NCBI RefSeq assembly: GCF_001194135.2
Contig: NC_068988.1
Coordinates: 83,915,240 to 83,979,239 of the forward strand
From: Octopus bimaculoides
Taxonomy: Eukaryota
Length of the DNA: 64,000 bases
Reading direction: 5' to 3'
In this document: positions 11,830 to 24,619 of the stretch, piece by piece
Numbering within the stretch: position 1 is the first letter of the stretch
Layout of the letters: each line of letters starts with the position of its first letter
Position numbers and translations under genes: made by a program
The notes under the pieces: model-generated
The model's input: the letters and a program-made list of their open reading frames with translations, nothing else
Databases searched by the model: none
What the model was told of the DNA's origin: nothing

Positions 11830-12745
11830 TAAGAGGTGGAAAACTAAGTGGATTAGGGGCACCCAAAGAGTAGACTCCATTATAATAGTGATATAAAAAA
11901 CAAAGAGAGGAGACAGTATACCTGTGGACCAAAGACTGGATCATGTACATTAGTGACTGAACAGCAATTAGTTGAGAGGCGCTTCTCTGGATATTGTCCA
12001 GGATATCTGTGTGTGTAACAGAGTGTGTAGTAGTGCAGTACTCTATTGTGGGCCTCATAAAGCTTTGTAGAGTGTCAGAAGTTGTTGGGGCTGAAATATT
12101 TTCCAATTCTGAAGAGAAAGCTCATTCTCACTACACTAAAGATGTACTTCTACTTGGAGAGATCCTTGGGGGGATGGTGTGGCCTAGCATTTGGTGTAGC
12201 TGTGTGTCCTCAAGCTGTGTGCTGCTCCTGTTTAGTGGCGCCGCAGTGTGGTGATGTTTTCATGATAAGTGTATCACTTCAGTTTTTTTTTTGGGGTGGG
12301 GTTGTTAAAAGAAACAAAGTTGATATGGATCAACTGAAGAATTCTCTTAAGGTCTCTGTTTATGGAATCAATGCAGGTTTGGTATATGTGTTTATGCTGC
12401 ATGTGGATGATGTATGGTTGGAATGAGTTAAGAAGGAATGAAAGGTCATGTCATCTGCATTAGAGTAAGTGTAGTTGGATGTAGTTGACGTATAGAAGGA
12501 AGAGAGTAGGGAACAGAGCTGATCCCTGATACCCACCAGAGTTGACTGAGTGTAAGATAAAAAGAACTCAGTCAACACATGCCATGATGGTATGATCAGA
12601 TAGAAAGCTACTGATTCAAGAGCTAAAAGATAGGTGGAGTGTGTAATTGGGAAGTCTTGATATATTTGTATATGAAACAGCCAAAAGCTTTGTTGATGTC
12701 TACAGCAACAACACTACTTCCACTGAATTTCTCTGATATGTATTT
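11830..12745 (-). mobile_element. Decayed CR1/L2-like LINE, RT C-terminal half
   Basis: Fragments LVGIRDQLCSLL..SNADDMTFHS, QSFMRPTIEYC, LDNIQRSASQLI, SLCFLYHYYNG. Confidence 0.6.
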
Positions 12746-12789
12746 TTGATTGTTTTTATGGCTGTTTTTTTCCTTTACTATTTTTGTAG

Positions 12790-12905
12790 GTTTGACCAAA
12801 TTTGTGGCCTGTGACCATATGAGGGCTGTCCATTACTTTACTGAATCTATCAACAGTAAATGTGGTTTTCTCGGCTTCAAATGTAACACCTATGATGATT
12901 TTCAG
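12790..12905 (+). CDS. Pancreatic lipase-related protein, exon with catalytic His
   Basis: tttgtAG|...|GTttg; (G)LTKFVACDHMRAVHYFTESINSKCGFLGFKCNTYDDFQ; 116 nt. Confidence 0.95.
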
Positions 12906-13149
12906 GTTTGTTTCAAACATGTTTGGGGTGTGTTCGATACATTTTGATATAAATGTTTATATAAATTCAATGCAAGTTTGGTGTATGTTTGGTGCATGTT
13001 TAATACAAGTTTGTTATAGTCTTGATGCATGTTTAAAGCATGTTTCATGCATGTTTAATAAAAATTTATTGTAAAATCCTCAAAAAGACTGAAGGTGCTT
13101 TTGCATTTCTCAATATAACCATTGCCAGTCAACTATCTGTTTAAAGTTA

Positions 13150-13560
13150 TGTATGGTTATGGTACACTCACACTTACAGTATCTCCAGTCTGGGATCCCA
13201 TCTTGTTTGGAATTTCAATCTACCAGAAGATCTCCAGAGATGTGCAACCAGACAGTTGCCTACCATAAGTTACTTACCATATTTTTAACATCTCGTGTAG
13301 TTAAGTTGACAGAAGTCCACAAGATTATCTACCCTCTTTCCAACAACAACTTTAACCACCTTTTTGAATTCAATAGTTCTACTACCCATGGATGCACTTA
13401 TAAAATCAAAAAACAGTACAGCACCCATACTCCCCAAAACATTTTTTCAAGTTTAGAACTGTTGAAGCATGGAGTAAACTACCTATATTGGTCGTCAGCT
13501 GTTAAGACACTATATTCTTCAAAAATTCCATGCTTCCTGAAATTCACCAACACCACTCCT
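13150..13560 (+). mobile_element. CR1-like LINE 3' remnant
   Basis: EVHKIIY..NHLFEFNSSTTHGCTYKIKKQ..NIFS, resembling the CR1 3' ORF end (TRGH..KL..FFS.R). Confidence 0.55.
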
Positions 13561-13814
13561 GGCATGCCTTTCTACCCTTTGCTCTTTATGGCTCTTTTAC
13601 TGTTTAGTTTTCTGTCTTTTTGTGCTTTATCCTGCGTAACATGCATGTATTTTTGGTTATCATTGCTGTCTTTTATTACTTGACTTATATGTCTGTTTTT
13701 TCTCCTCTCTTTTACTCTTTTCTGACAAGTTGTAGTGCACCTGAGTATAGTATACAATAAGCTGATTATTTTATCTGAAAGTATGTCAGCACAAGTTTCA
13801 TATACATTTAATAT

Positions 13815-14207
13815 GTTGTTGTTGTTGACACTCCATTGCTTACGACGTCGAGGGTTCTAGTTGATCCAATCAACGGAACAGCCTGCTCGTAAAATTAACG
13901 TGCAAGTGGCTGAGCACTCCACAGATATGGGTACCCTTAACGTAGTTCTCGGAGATATTCAGTGTGACACAGTGTGACAAGGCTGACCCTTTGAATTACA
14001 GGCACAACAGAAACAGGAAGTAATAGTGAGAGAAAGTTGTGGTGAAAGAGTACAGCAGGGTTCACCACCATCCCCTGCCAGAGCCTCGTGGAGCTTTAGG
14101 TGTTTTTGCTCAATAAACACTCACAACGCCCAGTCTGGGAATTGAAACCGCTATCCTATTATGACCGCAAGTCCACTGCCCTAACCACTGGGCCATTGCG
14201 CCTCCAC
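13815..14207 (-). mobile_element. tRNA-derived SINE family C (~390 bp) with 11-bp TSD; other copies 8844-9221 and 38700-38870
   Basis: Head GGCGCAATGGCCCAGTGGTTAGGGCAG..GGTTTCAATTCC; (CAA)n tail; TSD ACATTTAATAT at 13804-13814 and 14208-14218. Confidence 0.85.
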
Positions 14208-15459
14208 ACATTTAATATATGCATGATGCATTTTGAATCATGCTTCATACAAGATTAATATATATACATATATGATGCATGTGTAGTGAGTCCAGAAAAT
14301 TATTTTGGTTGTTGCGCCATAGTACAGGTGTGCTATGGTATATGCCAGCCAATCAGGGCTTGGTGCATATGAATTCTAGAAGCAGTTCTCTGTCCATGAA
14401 GAGAAGCAGGAGTTCTAGGCGGTTGGTGAAAAGATGGCAGACTAGCAACATTCCTTTTTCAACATGGAACAGCTCTTGGTTTTCCCCCACCAACTTTGTG
14501 CAGCTAACTCTGAGTTATATCGGCTCTTGTCTTGTCACCTCTTGAACAGCCTATTTCATTTACGCTAACTTCGCTCAGTGAAATTCTGGATGACATCATC
14601 CACAGCTCTGCCTCATAATGAACTGTATAGTTTCATTTAAGCTAGCTCCATTCCTATTAGCTTCTAACGATTTCCAACTGAATCTATTGTTCAAACATAA
14701 GTTGTAATGCTTTCTCTAACTCACACACATACAGGCTACACTCTTTTTACTTGTTAGCTCTTGTAATAATTTAATAAATTAAATTATTTGTTTAAAAACT
14801 GTCTTCCATTACACATGCTTCTCAAAAGCGCATTTACTGAACTTTTCCATGATCACTTTTATACTTTAAATTAGTGTCCACTCTCACTAAACATGTTTAA
14901 TTAATCCTTTTTTTTTTTACTGTCTTACTTTAAGGAAGAAAGATAGCACCCCTAAACTTTCTCACAGCCTCCAAAGTGGCAGGAAATGACAGAAGATACA
15001 AACCTCATTAAATAACCTCAAACCAGCAAACTGGTTTGAATATTTGAAGTAGAGTGGGCTCTGTTAAAGACACTCTACAATCCAGGTAGTTAAGTTGAAC
15101 AGATTAAGTCTACCATCTATGAACAGGTACAAACCTCAAACTGACCATTCCTGTTAACTGATTCCACTCAGAAGGTAGAAGATCGTCCAGAATGTCATAC
15201 ATTGATACAAAACTCAGATCCATTGTGGTTGCAAACTAAATTTCTCAACTGTACAACCAAACCTGCACCCATTAGTTCCCATTAGTCACAGAGACACTAC
15301 AAAATGGTCAGGGATACTGTCTTTCCTCTACCTCAGACTGAACCATAAATATTTTTTCAATGTGTATGCTTTTTATTTTGTTTCAAATACTTGTCATTGA
15401 GAACAGCTGCCATTTCTTGCTTTTCTCATCCCCTCTTTCTCTCTCCCCCCTCCTCTCAT

Positions 15460-15498
<39 letters not shown>

Positions 15499-15558
15499 CG
15501 CATACACACATGCACATACACACACACATTCACTCTTTATCCTGTCTTATTACTCCAG

Positions 15559-15682
15559 GCCCAGAAGTGTTCCCCAGTGGCTGGAGCTCATATGGGACTG
15601 CATGCTGATCAATATATACCACCAAAGGGAGAAACCAATGTAAAGATGTATTTGGAAACTTCTGATATAGAACCTTTCTGCT
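15559..15682 (+). CDS. Pancreatic lipase-related protein, end of the alpha/beta-hydrolase domain
   Basis: ctccAG|...|GTaag; AQKCSPVAGAHMGLHADQYIPPKGETNVKMYLETSDIEPFC; 124 nt. Confidence 0.92.
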
Positions 15683-16139
15683 GTAAGTTAAATGAAGTCT
15701 TCACTTTTTCAACATTTCACTGAAATTCTGAAGATATTGTGTATGTCTACCACCATTCTTTGTAACAATCAGTTGTTTAGTATGGAGAAGTGCAGGGCAT
15801 GTGGACAGTATAGGACAGCCACTTCAATGGGGAATATAACTAGTTTTTGTAGCTATAATCAATATTGATGATTATAACTAGTACTGGCAACCAAAATTAT
15901 TATTCAAGTTATAATTAATACTGGTTTCAAATTTTGGCTCAAGGCCAGCAATTTTAGGGGAGCAGAATAAGTCAATTACATCAGCTCCAGACCTTAGCTG
16001 GTTCTTGTTTTATCGATTCTGAAAGGATGGAAGGTGAAGATGATCTCGGCAGAATTTGAACTCAAAACAGAAAGATGGGCAAATTGTGGCTTAGTATTTT
16101 GCTTGGCATGCTAACAATTCTACCAGCTTGCCACCCTAG

Positions 16140-16340
16140 AGCTATAATTAATATTGGTGGCCATAATTAGCATTAGTGGCTATAATTAGTATTTGTGGAT
16201 ATAATTAGAACTGATGACTGTAATTAATATTGGTGGATATAATTAGTATTAATAGATACAATTTGTATTAGAGGCTATGATTAGTATTGGCAGCTGTAAT
16301 TAGTATTAGTAGCTATAGTCAGTATTAATAAGTATAATAA
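16140..16340. repeat. Degenerate ~18-bp minisatellite
   Basis: About 11 copies of a unit like TATAATTAGTATTGGTGG. Confidence 0.75.
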
Positions 16341-16596
16341 TTATTGTACAAAACATATCCAAATGACTACATATGTAAATAAATATATTTATTCATACAC
16401 GTATGTGCATAGTAATGACAATATACTTCACATATTGGAAAGTATAATAGTCAATAATACAAAATATATTCAAATACTAATGTTAATATAGAGGTACATA
16501 TAGGTAGATAGTATCTCACTTTCTTCCTGTGTTTACTGGTTATAAAATAGTAATGATTTATTTTATGGAAATAATAATAATAATAATAATAACAAC

Positions 16597-16643
<47 letters not shown>

Positions 16644-16644
<1 letters not shown>

Positions 16645-16888
16645 TGTAACAATGCGATTGAAACTATAGACCACCTAATCTCAGGGTGTAGAGTCTTAGC
16701 ACCTGTAGAATATAAAGTAAGACATGACAGAGTTGGCCAGTATTTACACTGGACAATATGTCAGCATTATAAAATCAAAACCGCTGACAAATGGTATAAA
16801 CACCATCCTGAAGCTGTGACTGAGGGAGAAAATGTATCGATTCTCTGGGACTTCCCCGTACATACCGACAAGACTATAAAAGCTAATA
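16644..16888 (+). mobile_element. R4/Dong-like non-LTR retrotransposon fragment 1 (runs into gap)
   Basis: ETIDHLISGC..LAPVEYKVRHDRVGQYLHW..ILWDFPVHTDKTIKAN (Zn knuckle, RHD, restriction-like endonuclease lead-in); preceded by (AAT)n 16571-16643. Confidence 0.8.
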
Positions 16889-17483
16889 NNNNNNNNNNNN
16901 NNNNNNNNNNNNNNNNNNNNNNNNNNNNNNNNNNNNNNNNNNNNNNNNNNNNNNNNNNNNNNNNNNNNNNNNNNNNNNNNNNNNNNNNNNNNNNNNNNNN
17001 NNNNNNNNNNNNNNNNNNNNNNNNNNNNNNNNNNNNNNNNNNNNNNNNNNNNNNNNNNNNNNNNNNNNNNNNNNNNNNNNNNNNNNNNNNNNNNNNNNNN
17101 NNNNNNNNNNNNNNNNNNNNNNNNNNNNNNNNNNNNNNNNNNNNNNNNNNNNNNNNNNNNNNNNNNNNNNNNNNNNNNNNNNNNNNNNNNNNNNNNNNNN
17201 NNNNNNNNNNNNNNNNNNNNNNNNNNNNNNNNNNNNNNNNNNNNNNNNNNNNNNNNNNNNNNNNNNNNNNNNNNNNNNNNNNNNNNNNNNNNNNNNNNNN
17301 NNNNNNNNNNNNNNNNNNNNNNNNNNNNNNNNNNNNNNNNNNNNNNNNNNNNNNNNNNNNNNNNNNNNNNNNNNNNNNNNNNNNNNNNNNNNNNNNNNNN
17401 NNNNNNNNNNNNNNNNNNNNNNNNNNNNNATTATCGCTGTGAAAACAACATCCATTCATGAATTTTTTTTTGTTTTTTCTTAA

Positions 17484-17640
17484 ATACATGTTTTACCTGT
17501 GAATTTGCGTGTGTAAACTGGGAATGCATACAATGAGTTTCTCTGCCCTAGGTGTACGGAAAAGACTCGGCGAGAAATGGAAGAAAATTTGAAGAAAGAA
17601 GAAAAATAACATGATAATAATAATAATAATAATAATAATA
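17484..17640 (+). repeat. ~140-bp repeat with AAT tail; second copy at about 20680-20820
   Basis: tttacctgtgaatttgcgtgtgtaaactgggaatgcatacaatga...ctctgccctaggtgtacggaaaa occurs at both sites. Confidence 0.75.
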
Positions 17641-17643
17641 AAT

Positions 17644-18198
17644 GCCCTGATGCAGTACCAGGCAGTGACCATCATGGTTTCTGATCTTAATTGATTGGAA
17701 GTGTTATCATGTACATTGTTTTGTCTTGGTATAAAAAGATGGGCTACAGCAAATATTCTGCTCAATACCACAGATTTGCTTGTCAGTTGTTTGACCTTGA
17801 CCAGTTGAGCATGTCCCTTGGCGGCTGACGATATGTGCATCTCTCATCATGAGCAGATACAGTGGGGGAGCATCATAGCCATGTGTTGTGAGGAATTCTT
17901 TGGGGTTTGAATAATTCACCTTTGGAAACATGGGTGTTTTGCTCAACATCCTTAAACAACCCTTATTCAGGGACCTTTTCAGCGGGATGGGCTACTCAAC
18001 CTGAAGAAAATTCTATTTGGGCTCCACCTGCGAGGTCATGCGCTGTTTACCTTGATATGAGATCACCATGTCGCACACATATGGTTGTGATGCATGTGCC
18101 TGGTGTACCCTTATCAGACGGGTAGTCATGATGGGTATAATGGGCTTCGTATATTTTACCCCAGTGTCACTTTGATGGCATGCACTGCTCTCTCACTC

Positions 18199-18199
<1 letters not shown>
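17644..18199. repeat. Unclassified ~560-bp repeat-like segment bounded on both sides by (AAT)n
   Basis: Higher-GC non-coding block between AAT runs ending near 17643 and starting at 18200; family not identified. Confidence 0.4.
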
Positions 18200-18240
<41 letters not shown>

Positions 18241-18245
<5 letters not shown>

Positions 18246-18905
18246 CAACCCCCTTAAGTACAAAATAGCCTGGCTATGGAAAATAAAGAAGGTGAAGATA
18301 GTGCTAATTATTGTTGGGTTCTTGGGAACAGTATCAGAAGGCATCAAGAGGAATATAAAGGAAATTGGGATAGAGTGCCCAGTAGAACTGTTAAAGAGTG
18401 GGCAAAACCGTTGCCCATATCACAAACGAATGCTGTAGACTTGCCCAAAATCCCAACAAGTTGTGGTGATATAATAAATTAGCAAAAGTGCTACATTGGA
18501 AACTGTTCAAAAAGTGAGGGCTAGAAAGAGGCAAGACATAATATGAGCACAAACCACAGAGAGTGGTGGAGTCAGAGACTTGCAAAATCCTCTGGGATTT
18601 CCCAATTCAAACAGATATGCTATATAGTTGATGTTGTGTGTCCCTTAGATCCATGAATAGTCAAGAAGGAAGGCAAAAAGTAAATATATACAACCCTCTT
18701 AACTACAAAACAGACTGGCTATGGAAAATGAAGAAGGTGAAGATAGTGCCAATTATTGTTGGGTTCTTGAGGACAGTATCAGAAAGCATCAAGAGGAATA
18801 TAAAGGAAACTGGAATCGGGTGCCCAGTAGAACTGTTACAAAAGGTTTGTCTCCTTTGTACGGCCAGAATAATCAGGAAAGTAATAGACAGTTGAAAAGC
18901 ATGGT
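18241..18905 (+). mobile_element. R4/Dong-like 3' fragments 2 and 3
   Basis: KYNPLKYKIAWLWKIKKVKIVLIIVGFLGTVS..CPVELL, then TVAHITNEC..KVLHWKL..ILWDFPIQTD..CPVELLQKVCLLCTARIIRKVIDS*; follows (AAT)n 18200-18240. Confidence 0.8.
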
Positions 18906-19039
18906 ACTGTAGGCTGCAAGCCCACCACACATGCAAGAATCCATGAGTTCAAACAAAACCTGAGATAAAAAGAAATTATAATGATAATAATAATAATTAA
19001 TAATAATAATAATAAAAATAATAATCAGTTATTAGTTGA

Positions 19040-20520
19040 TAAAATGATAATTAGAAATCATAGATGCAGATTAATGGAACTGATTACAAAAAACATGACA
19101 TGGTACCACACAGATGTTTGAAAAAGCAAAAAACGGAGAAAATGCTTAATGAAAGTACGAAACATTGGAATACTGAATTAATCAGAGGAAAACAAAGACT
19201 CAGAAAAGTGAACATCAGATGTGGAATGTTCCAAGGTGATAGCTTACCTCTGTTACTATTTATATTGGGCATCACACACTCACTATGATACTACGGAAAG
19301 TTCAAATAGCTTACGATTTGGGAAAAGGAAATGGTCAGAAAAATCATCTCCTTTTCATGGATGATAAAAGAGTTTATGTAAAAAATTTAAAAAACTGCTT
19401 GAAAGGCTTGTACATACTATTTGCATTTTCTCAAATGATGTAGGTATGGAACTTGGGATAGAAAAGTGTGCTGTGTTGAAAATGAAACAAGGAAGATTTA
19501 AAAGAAGCCAGGGGAATTGAAATTTCAAACGGGCAAACAATGAGAGCAGTTGAGAAAGGGCAGTGGTATAAGTACTTGAGAATACTGGAAGCAGATGAAA
19601 AAAAAAAAAAAAAATGAAAAAATGAAACAAATTACCAGTTAGGAGTACACAAGGAGAGTAAGAAAATTATTGCAGTCAAAACTGAATCCAAAAAATCTTA
19701 TCGAAGCAATAAATTCAAGAGCAGTACCCTTAATCATATATGGAGCTGGAATTATAGACTACACCAAAAACGATATAAAAATTAGAAAGTTGTTGACAAT
19801 GTATGGAGCCCATCATCTGAAAGCTGGTATCAACTGGCTGTATTTGAGGAGAGACTAGGGTGGAAGAAGCTTAATAGCAGTAGAAGAATGTGTACAGATG
19901 GAAAGAAAAAGCCTAGTAGATTATTTACTGAGCAGCACAGAAAAACTACTAAAGACAGTGAATAAAGAACAGGTGATCAATCGTGTAGTAACAGAAAAGG
20001 ACAAGAATGATATACAAAGAGAGTGTGTTAGGCAGATTGATGAGAAACCTCTGCATGGCCAATTTTGGAGAGCCACTGAAGACATATATGGAACAAATCC
20101 TGGTCTTGGTTAAAAAAGGGGCAATTAAAACAAAAAGAAACAGAGACCTTAATTGTAGCAGCTTAAGATCAAGTGATAAAAACAAACAACTTGAGAAAAA
20201 ATATATATCGAGAGAATGTATCAGAAAAATCTAGAGTCTGTGAAACTTGGAATGAGACAGTGGCACACTTGGCACACATTGTGGAAGAATGCCCCAAGCT
20301 GGCACAAGAAGAATATAAAAAATGGAGGTATGACCAGGTGGTAAAAGTTTTACACTGGAAACTTTGCCAGAAATGGGGATTTGAAGCTGGAAATTCATGG
20401 TACAATTATCGAGTCGAAAGAGTACTGGAATTGGAGAAATGTAAGATTTTGTGGGACTTTCCTATTCAAATGAACAAGAAGTTAAAAGATAATAGACAAG
20501 ATAAGAAGCAAAGTTGTTTA
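19040..20520 (+). mobile_element. R4/Dong-like fragment 4 with reverse transcriptase
   Basis: GMFQGDSLPLLLF, HLLFMDD, GMELGIEKCA, GGRSL, KPLHGQF, ETVAHL..ECPKLAQEEYKKWRYDQV, ILWDFPIQ; many stops; preceded by an AAT-rich run at about 18979-19024. Confidence 0.85.
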
Positions 20521-21653
20521 CTAACCAACCCGTCATTACAAATTAAGAAATTGTGGTGGGGACGGGGGTGGGATTAAAATTTTGAAAACATGATTTCATA
20601 TTAACCTCCTTTTATACAATGAAACAATACATAGTTTGTGATCCTTCTTAAGAACAGAAAGCACTTTTTTTTTTTTTTAATACATATTTTACCTGTGAAT
20701 TTGCGTGTGTAAACTGGGAATGCATACAATGATCTTCTCTGCCCTAGGTGTACGGAAAACACTCAGCAAGAAATGGAAGAAAATTTGAAGAAAAAAAAAC
20801 AACATAATAATAATAATAGTTGTATAAAATACATTCAAATAATGACTTATGTTTATTTGTGATTGTTTCGAGAAATGTTTTTTCACTTAATGTAACTGAG
20901 TTGGCGATCATGTGTACATATCATATGTAACCAATCATTTCATGCATCTCATGAATTTAGTTCATATACATATATATGCATTCATTCAGTTATAGTGCAC
21001 CTGAGTATCATATACAATAAGCTCAATACTATTATTATAAAATGCTGTGCCATGGCTGGAAAATTCATAATATAAAAAAGCAGTTTATTTATGTAAATGT
21101 TCTGTGCTACATTTACTGCCAATCTTTTCTACTATGTTTATGTACATCATCTTTTAATGTCCATCTTCCATGCTGACAGAGGTTGGCCATTTGGTAGTAT
21201 CTGACAAGTCAGAAGCCTATATCATGGTCCAATGTCTGCTTTGGCATGGTTTCTACAGCTGAATGCCTTTCCTAATGCCAATGACTTTATATAGTATACT
21301 AAGTGCTTTTTACACGACATCAGCACTAGTGAGGTCACTGTTCAGTTTGCAATACTAAGTTTACAAACTGTAAATTGTTTTTCATTTAGGCACAAGGCCG
21401 GCAGTTTGGGAGGAAGGGGATTAGTCAGTTACATTGGCTGGTTCTTTATTTTATCAATCTCAAAACAATGAACGGCAAAGTTGACTTTTGGGTATCTGAA
21501 CTCAACACAGAAGAAATACCACATGGCATTTTCTTCAATACTCTAAAAATTCTACCAATCTACAAGCCTTTTGTCATATATTATATATTATATTATAAAT
21601 TAATAACAACCATAATAACATCTTACATTTTCTCTTTTTGCTTTATTTTATAG

Positions 21654-21780
21654 TGATGCATTATAAGATCAACTTGCGTCTTGGTGCATCAATTTACCGT
21701 GGAAATATAGCAGAAGGAAAACTGTATATCCAGCTTGTGGGTTCTGATTCCAAGACTGATGTAATACAGATTACTGATGA
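21654..21780 (+). CDS. Pancreatic lipase-related protein, start of the PLAT/LH2 domain
   Basis: ttttatAG|...|GTaaa; (L)MHYKINLRLGASIYRGNIAEGKLYIQLVGSDSKTDVIQITD; 127 nt, phases fit both neighbours. Confidence 0.9.
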
Positions 21781-22199
21781 GTAAATATTCAAATACATAC
21801 ATACACATATGCATATGTACATGCATACATACATAGACACACACACACACACATGTGGCGCACACACACACACACATATATATGTGTCTAAAAATCCACA
21901 AGTCATAAAAATACAGGCACTCATATATTGGTTAACAGACCTCACACTATACCATTTCTTTTAGTTTTTTCTGATGGTTAACAGGCTTTTCTCAACTCCT
22001 GATATGAAACTGATTGGTAAATCGGTTGATATGAGAATATAATATTGTGTTTTATTGTTGATAATACTGAATCACACACACGCACAAACACTGACTCAAG
22101 CTTACTGAGGTGCTACTGGAAATCCTACTCCAGCTCTTCCTATCAGGGTTCAAAACTTCAGGGTGGTTATCTTTAATGAATGCACAATAAAAGGTAGGT

Positions 22200-23250
22200 C
22201 TGGTGAAATTGAGGAAATACTCCAATGTGGATGAGTAGATGTGTGCTGTATACAAGTGTTAAGATGGAGGGGAGCCTCAACCAGGCTCTTCACAGACAAG
22301 AAACAGGCAGATAACTTCTTCTGGATATATAAGAGTGTATGGGTGGTGTTGGTATTCTATTTAAAAAAAAAAGTGGGGTAGATAAGGTAATTGAGGCCAT
22401 CAGAGTATGTGACAGAACTATTAAATTTGGACTCATCATAGGTAATACTTCAGTGACAATTATCTCCACATATGCATCATATTCAGGGTTGGCAGATGAA
22501 TAGGAGTACTTTTATGAGGTCCTTCTGTAGACTTCCTTAATAACAGACAATGGCAACTTCATTATCAGAGCTGTTGATTTTACTGGGCATGTTGGACCAC
22601 AGTTATGGCTTTACTGGAGTATGTGGTGGTTTCAATAAAAGTAAAATAATTAAGGAAGGACTGAGACTTCTGAAGTTCTGTGATACAAATAATCTCATAA
22701 TCTGCAACACAAACTTCAGGAAATCACTTAAGCCTCGAATTACTTATCAATCAGGTGAGCACTCAAGCCAGAGTGATTTTATTCTCACCAGGAAATGGGA
22801 TAGGTAGATGATTGCAAAATCTTTCCCAAATAAAGAACGAACTACTCAACATAGATTAATGGTGAATGGCTTCAAAATAAGAGCTACTCTAACACAGACA
22901 AAACAAAAAAAAAAAAAAGATTCAGAAAAGCAAGACCTGGTAGTTGAAAGAATTCTCTGTTGGACACAGATTGAGAGGTGTTAATTGGCACTTATGACTG
23001 TTGGGAGAAGGAGACAGAGACATAACTTGAAGCTAAAATTTACTGTATTATGGAACAATCTGCTGCAGGCTACAGGCCAAACTTGTGGCTGGTGCAAAGA
23101 CATAGCCAAATGCAAGGTCATATGGTGATGGAACAGTATTGTACATAACAGCAAAGAAATAGGTTTGGAAGGACTGGAAGAAAGGGACCATCAGGTAAAA
23201 ATACCAAATAGCTAAAAATAAAGCTAAACATCAGGTTCTGAAATTATTCA
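22200..23250 (+). mobile_element. Decayed RTE/RTEX-like LINE endonuclease region
   Basis: VIEAIRVCDR, EGLRLLKFCDTNNLIICNTNFRK, ITYQSGEHSSQSDFILTRK, TTQHRL. Confidence 0.7.
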
Positions 23251-24340
23251 GAACCAGCACTTCAGTTTTTCTCTGCCTGCTTACTTGTCTGACTGCTTGT
23301 CTGTCTGTCTGTTTCTCTCTCTGTAAATATCATCCTTGTTGTTGTCATCGTCATCCTCATCATCATATCATCATTTTAACATCCATTTTCTATACTTGTA
23401 TGGGTCAGATGGAGTATACTGAGGCAGATTTTTTATGGCTGGATGCTCTTCCTATTGCCAGTCCTCAAATGTGTTGAAGTAAAGTAATATTTCTCTATTG
23501 CCAGACATGTTTTTGCAGAATATTGGAAATGAATAACATTGCATGCCTGACAGTGATACTCATTTACAATTGTCATGAAATATCAAGACAAGGAGACATA
23601 AACATATATACATAAATACACACACACATATATACATACAGCATGGAAAACAGATGTTAAATGATAACGATGATGATGATGATGATGATGATATATTTTA
23701 GGAAATTAAATGTTATAGATATATGAACAACTGATAGATACATAGATAGATAGATAAATAGATAGATATCTATCGATAGATAGATAGATAGATAAACTAA
23801 ATGGATTTTTCTCAGTTTCTATCTACAAAATCCACTCACAAGGCTTTTGTTTTCCCTGAGCTATAATAGAAGACATTTACTCAAGGTGTCATGCCTGTAC
23901 CTAATGATAATGATACTGCAGCTGCTGCTGATGTGTGTGTGTGTGTGCGTGCACAAGTGGATGCGCACACGTGTATACATACACGCATATAAAGATCTCT
24001 GCTATACATTTGAGAGATTCTGATTCAGTCTACTGAAACATTGTCACACATTACTGAATTACAAAAAAACCTAGAATTTGTCAATATACGGATGTGATTT
24101 AGTGAGGGAGGTGAAGCAAAGTGTAGATTACGAGGAACAATAGATTTAACACTGTTACAACCCATATATGGAAAGTAGAAGTAAAAAAATGTCTGCAAGG
24201 ATTGGATAAGTTAAATTTAATTTGTAGGTAGGGACAATGTAAAACAACTGACTTGCTTGTTTTCATACAAAAGATGTGATTAAATTGAATAATGGAGGTA
24301 GGAGTGAAAAGGCAGGTTACCCATTAAAAGGAAGTAATTA

Positions 24341-24619
24341 TTTTGATGTGTCTGGGGAGAGTCATATTGTCTTAATGCCTTATTATCTAACACACTCACC
24401 AGTTCGATTTCCACTCATTTATTATTTATGTATATTTTTCTTCCAAAATTTTCTTAGCTTCTGCAACCCTGTCGATGTATGTTGAGTCAACAAGGTAGCA
24501 AAAGCAACAAAATTTTGGAAGAAAAAAATATAAATAATAAATGAGTGGTAATTGAACCGGTGAGTGTGTTAGATAATAAGGCATTAACGCAATATAACTC
24601 TCCCCCAGACAACAAAATT
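24341..24619. repeat. Foldback palindrome (~135-bp arms, ~11-nt loop)
   Basis: 24341-24475 vs 24487-24619; e.g. ttaatgccttattatctaacacactcacc / ggtgagtgtgttagataataaggcattaa. Confidence 0.85.

Noticed and set aside
16140-16340. CRISPR-like array
   Set aside because: Eukaryotic context, contiguous degenerate units and no unique spacers; it is a minisatellite.
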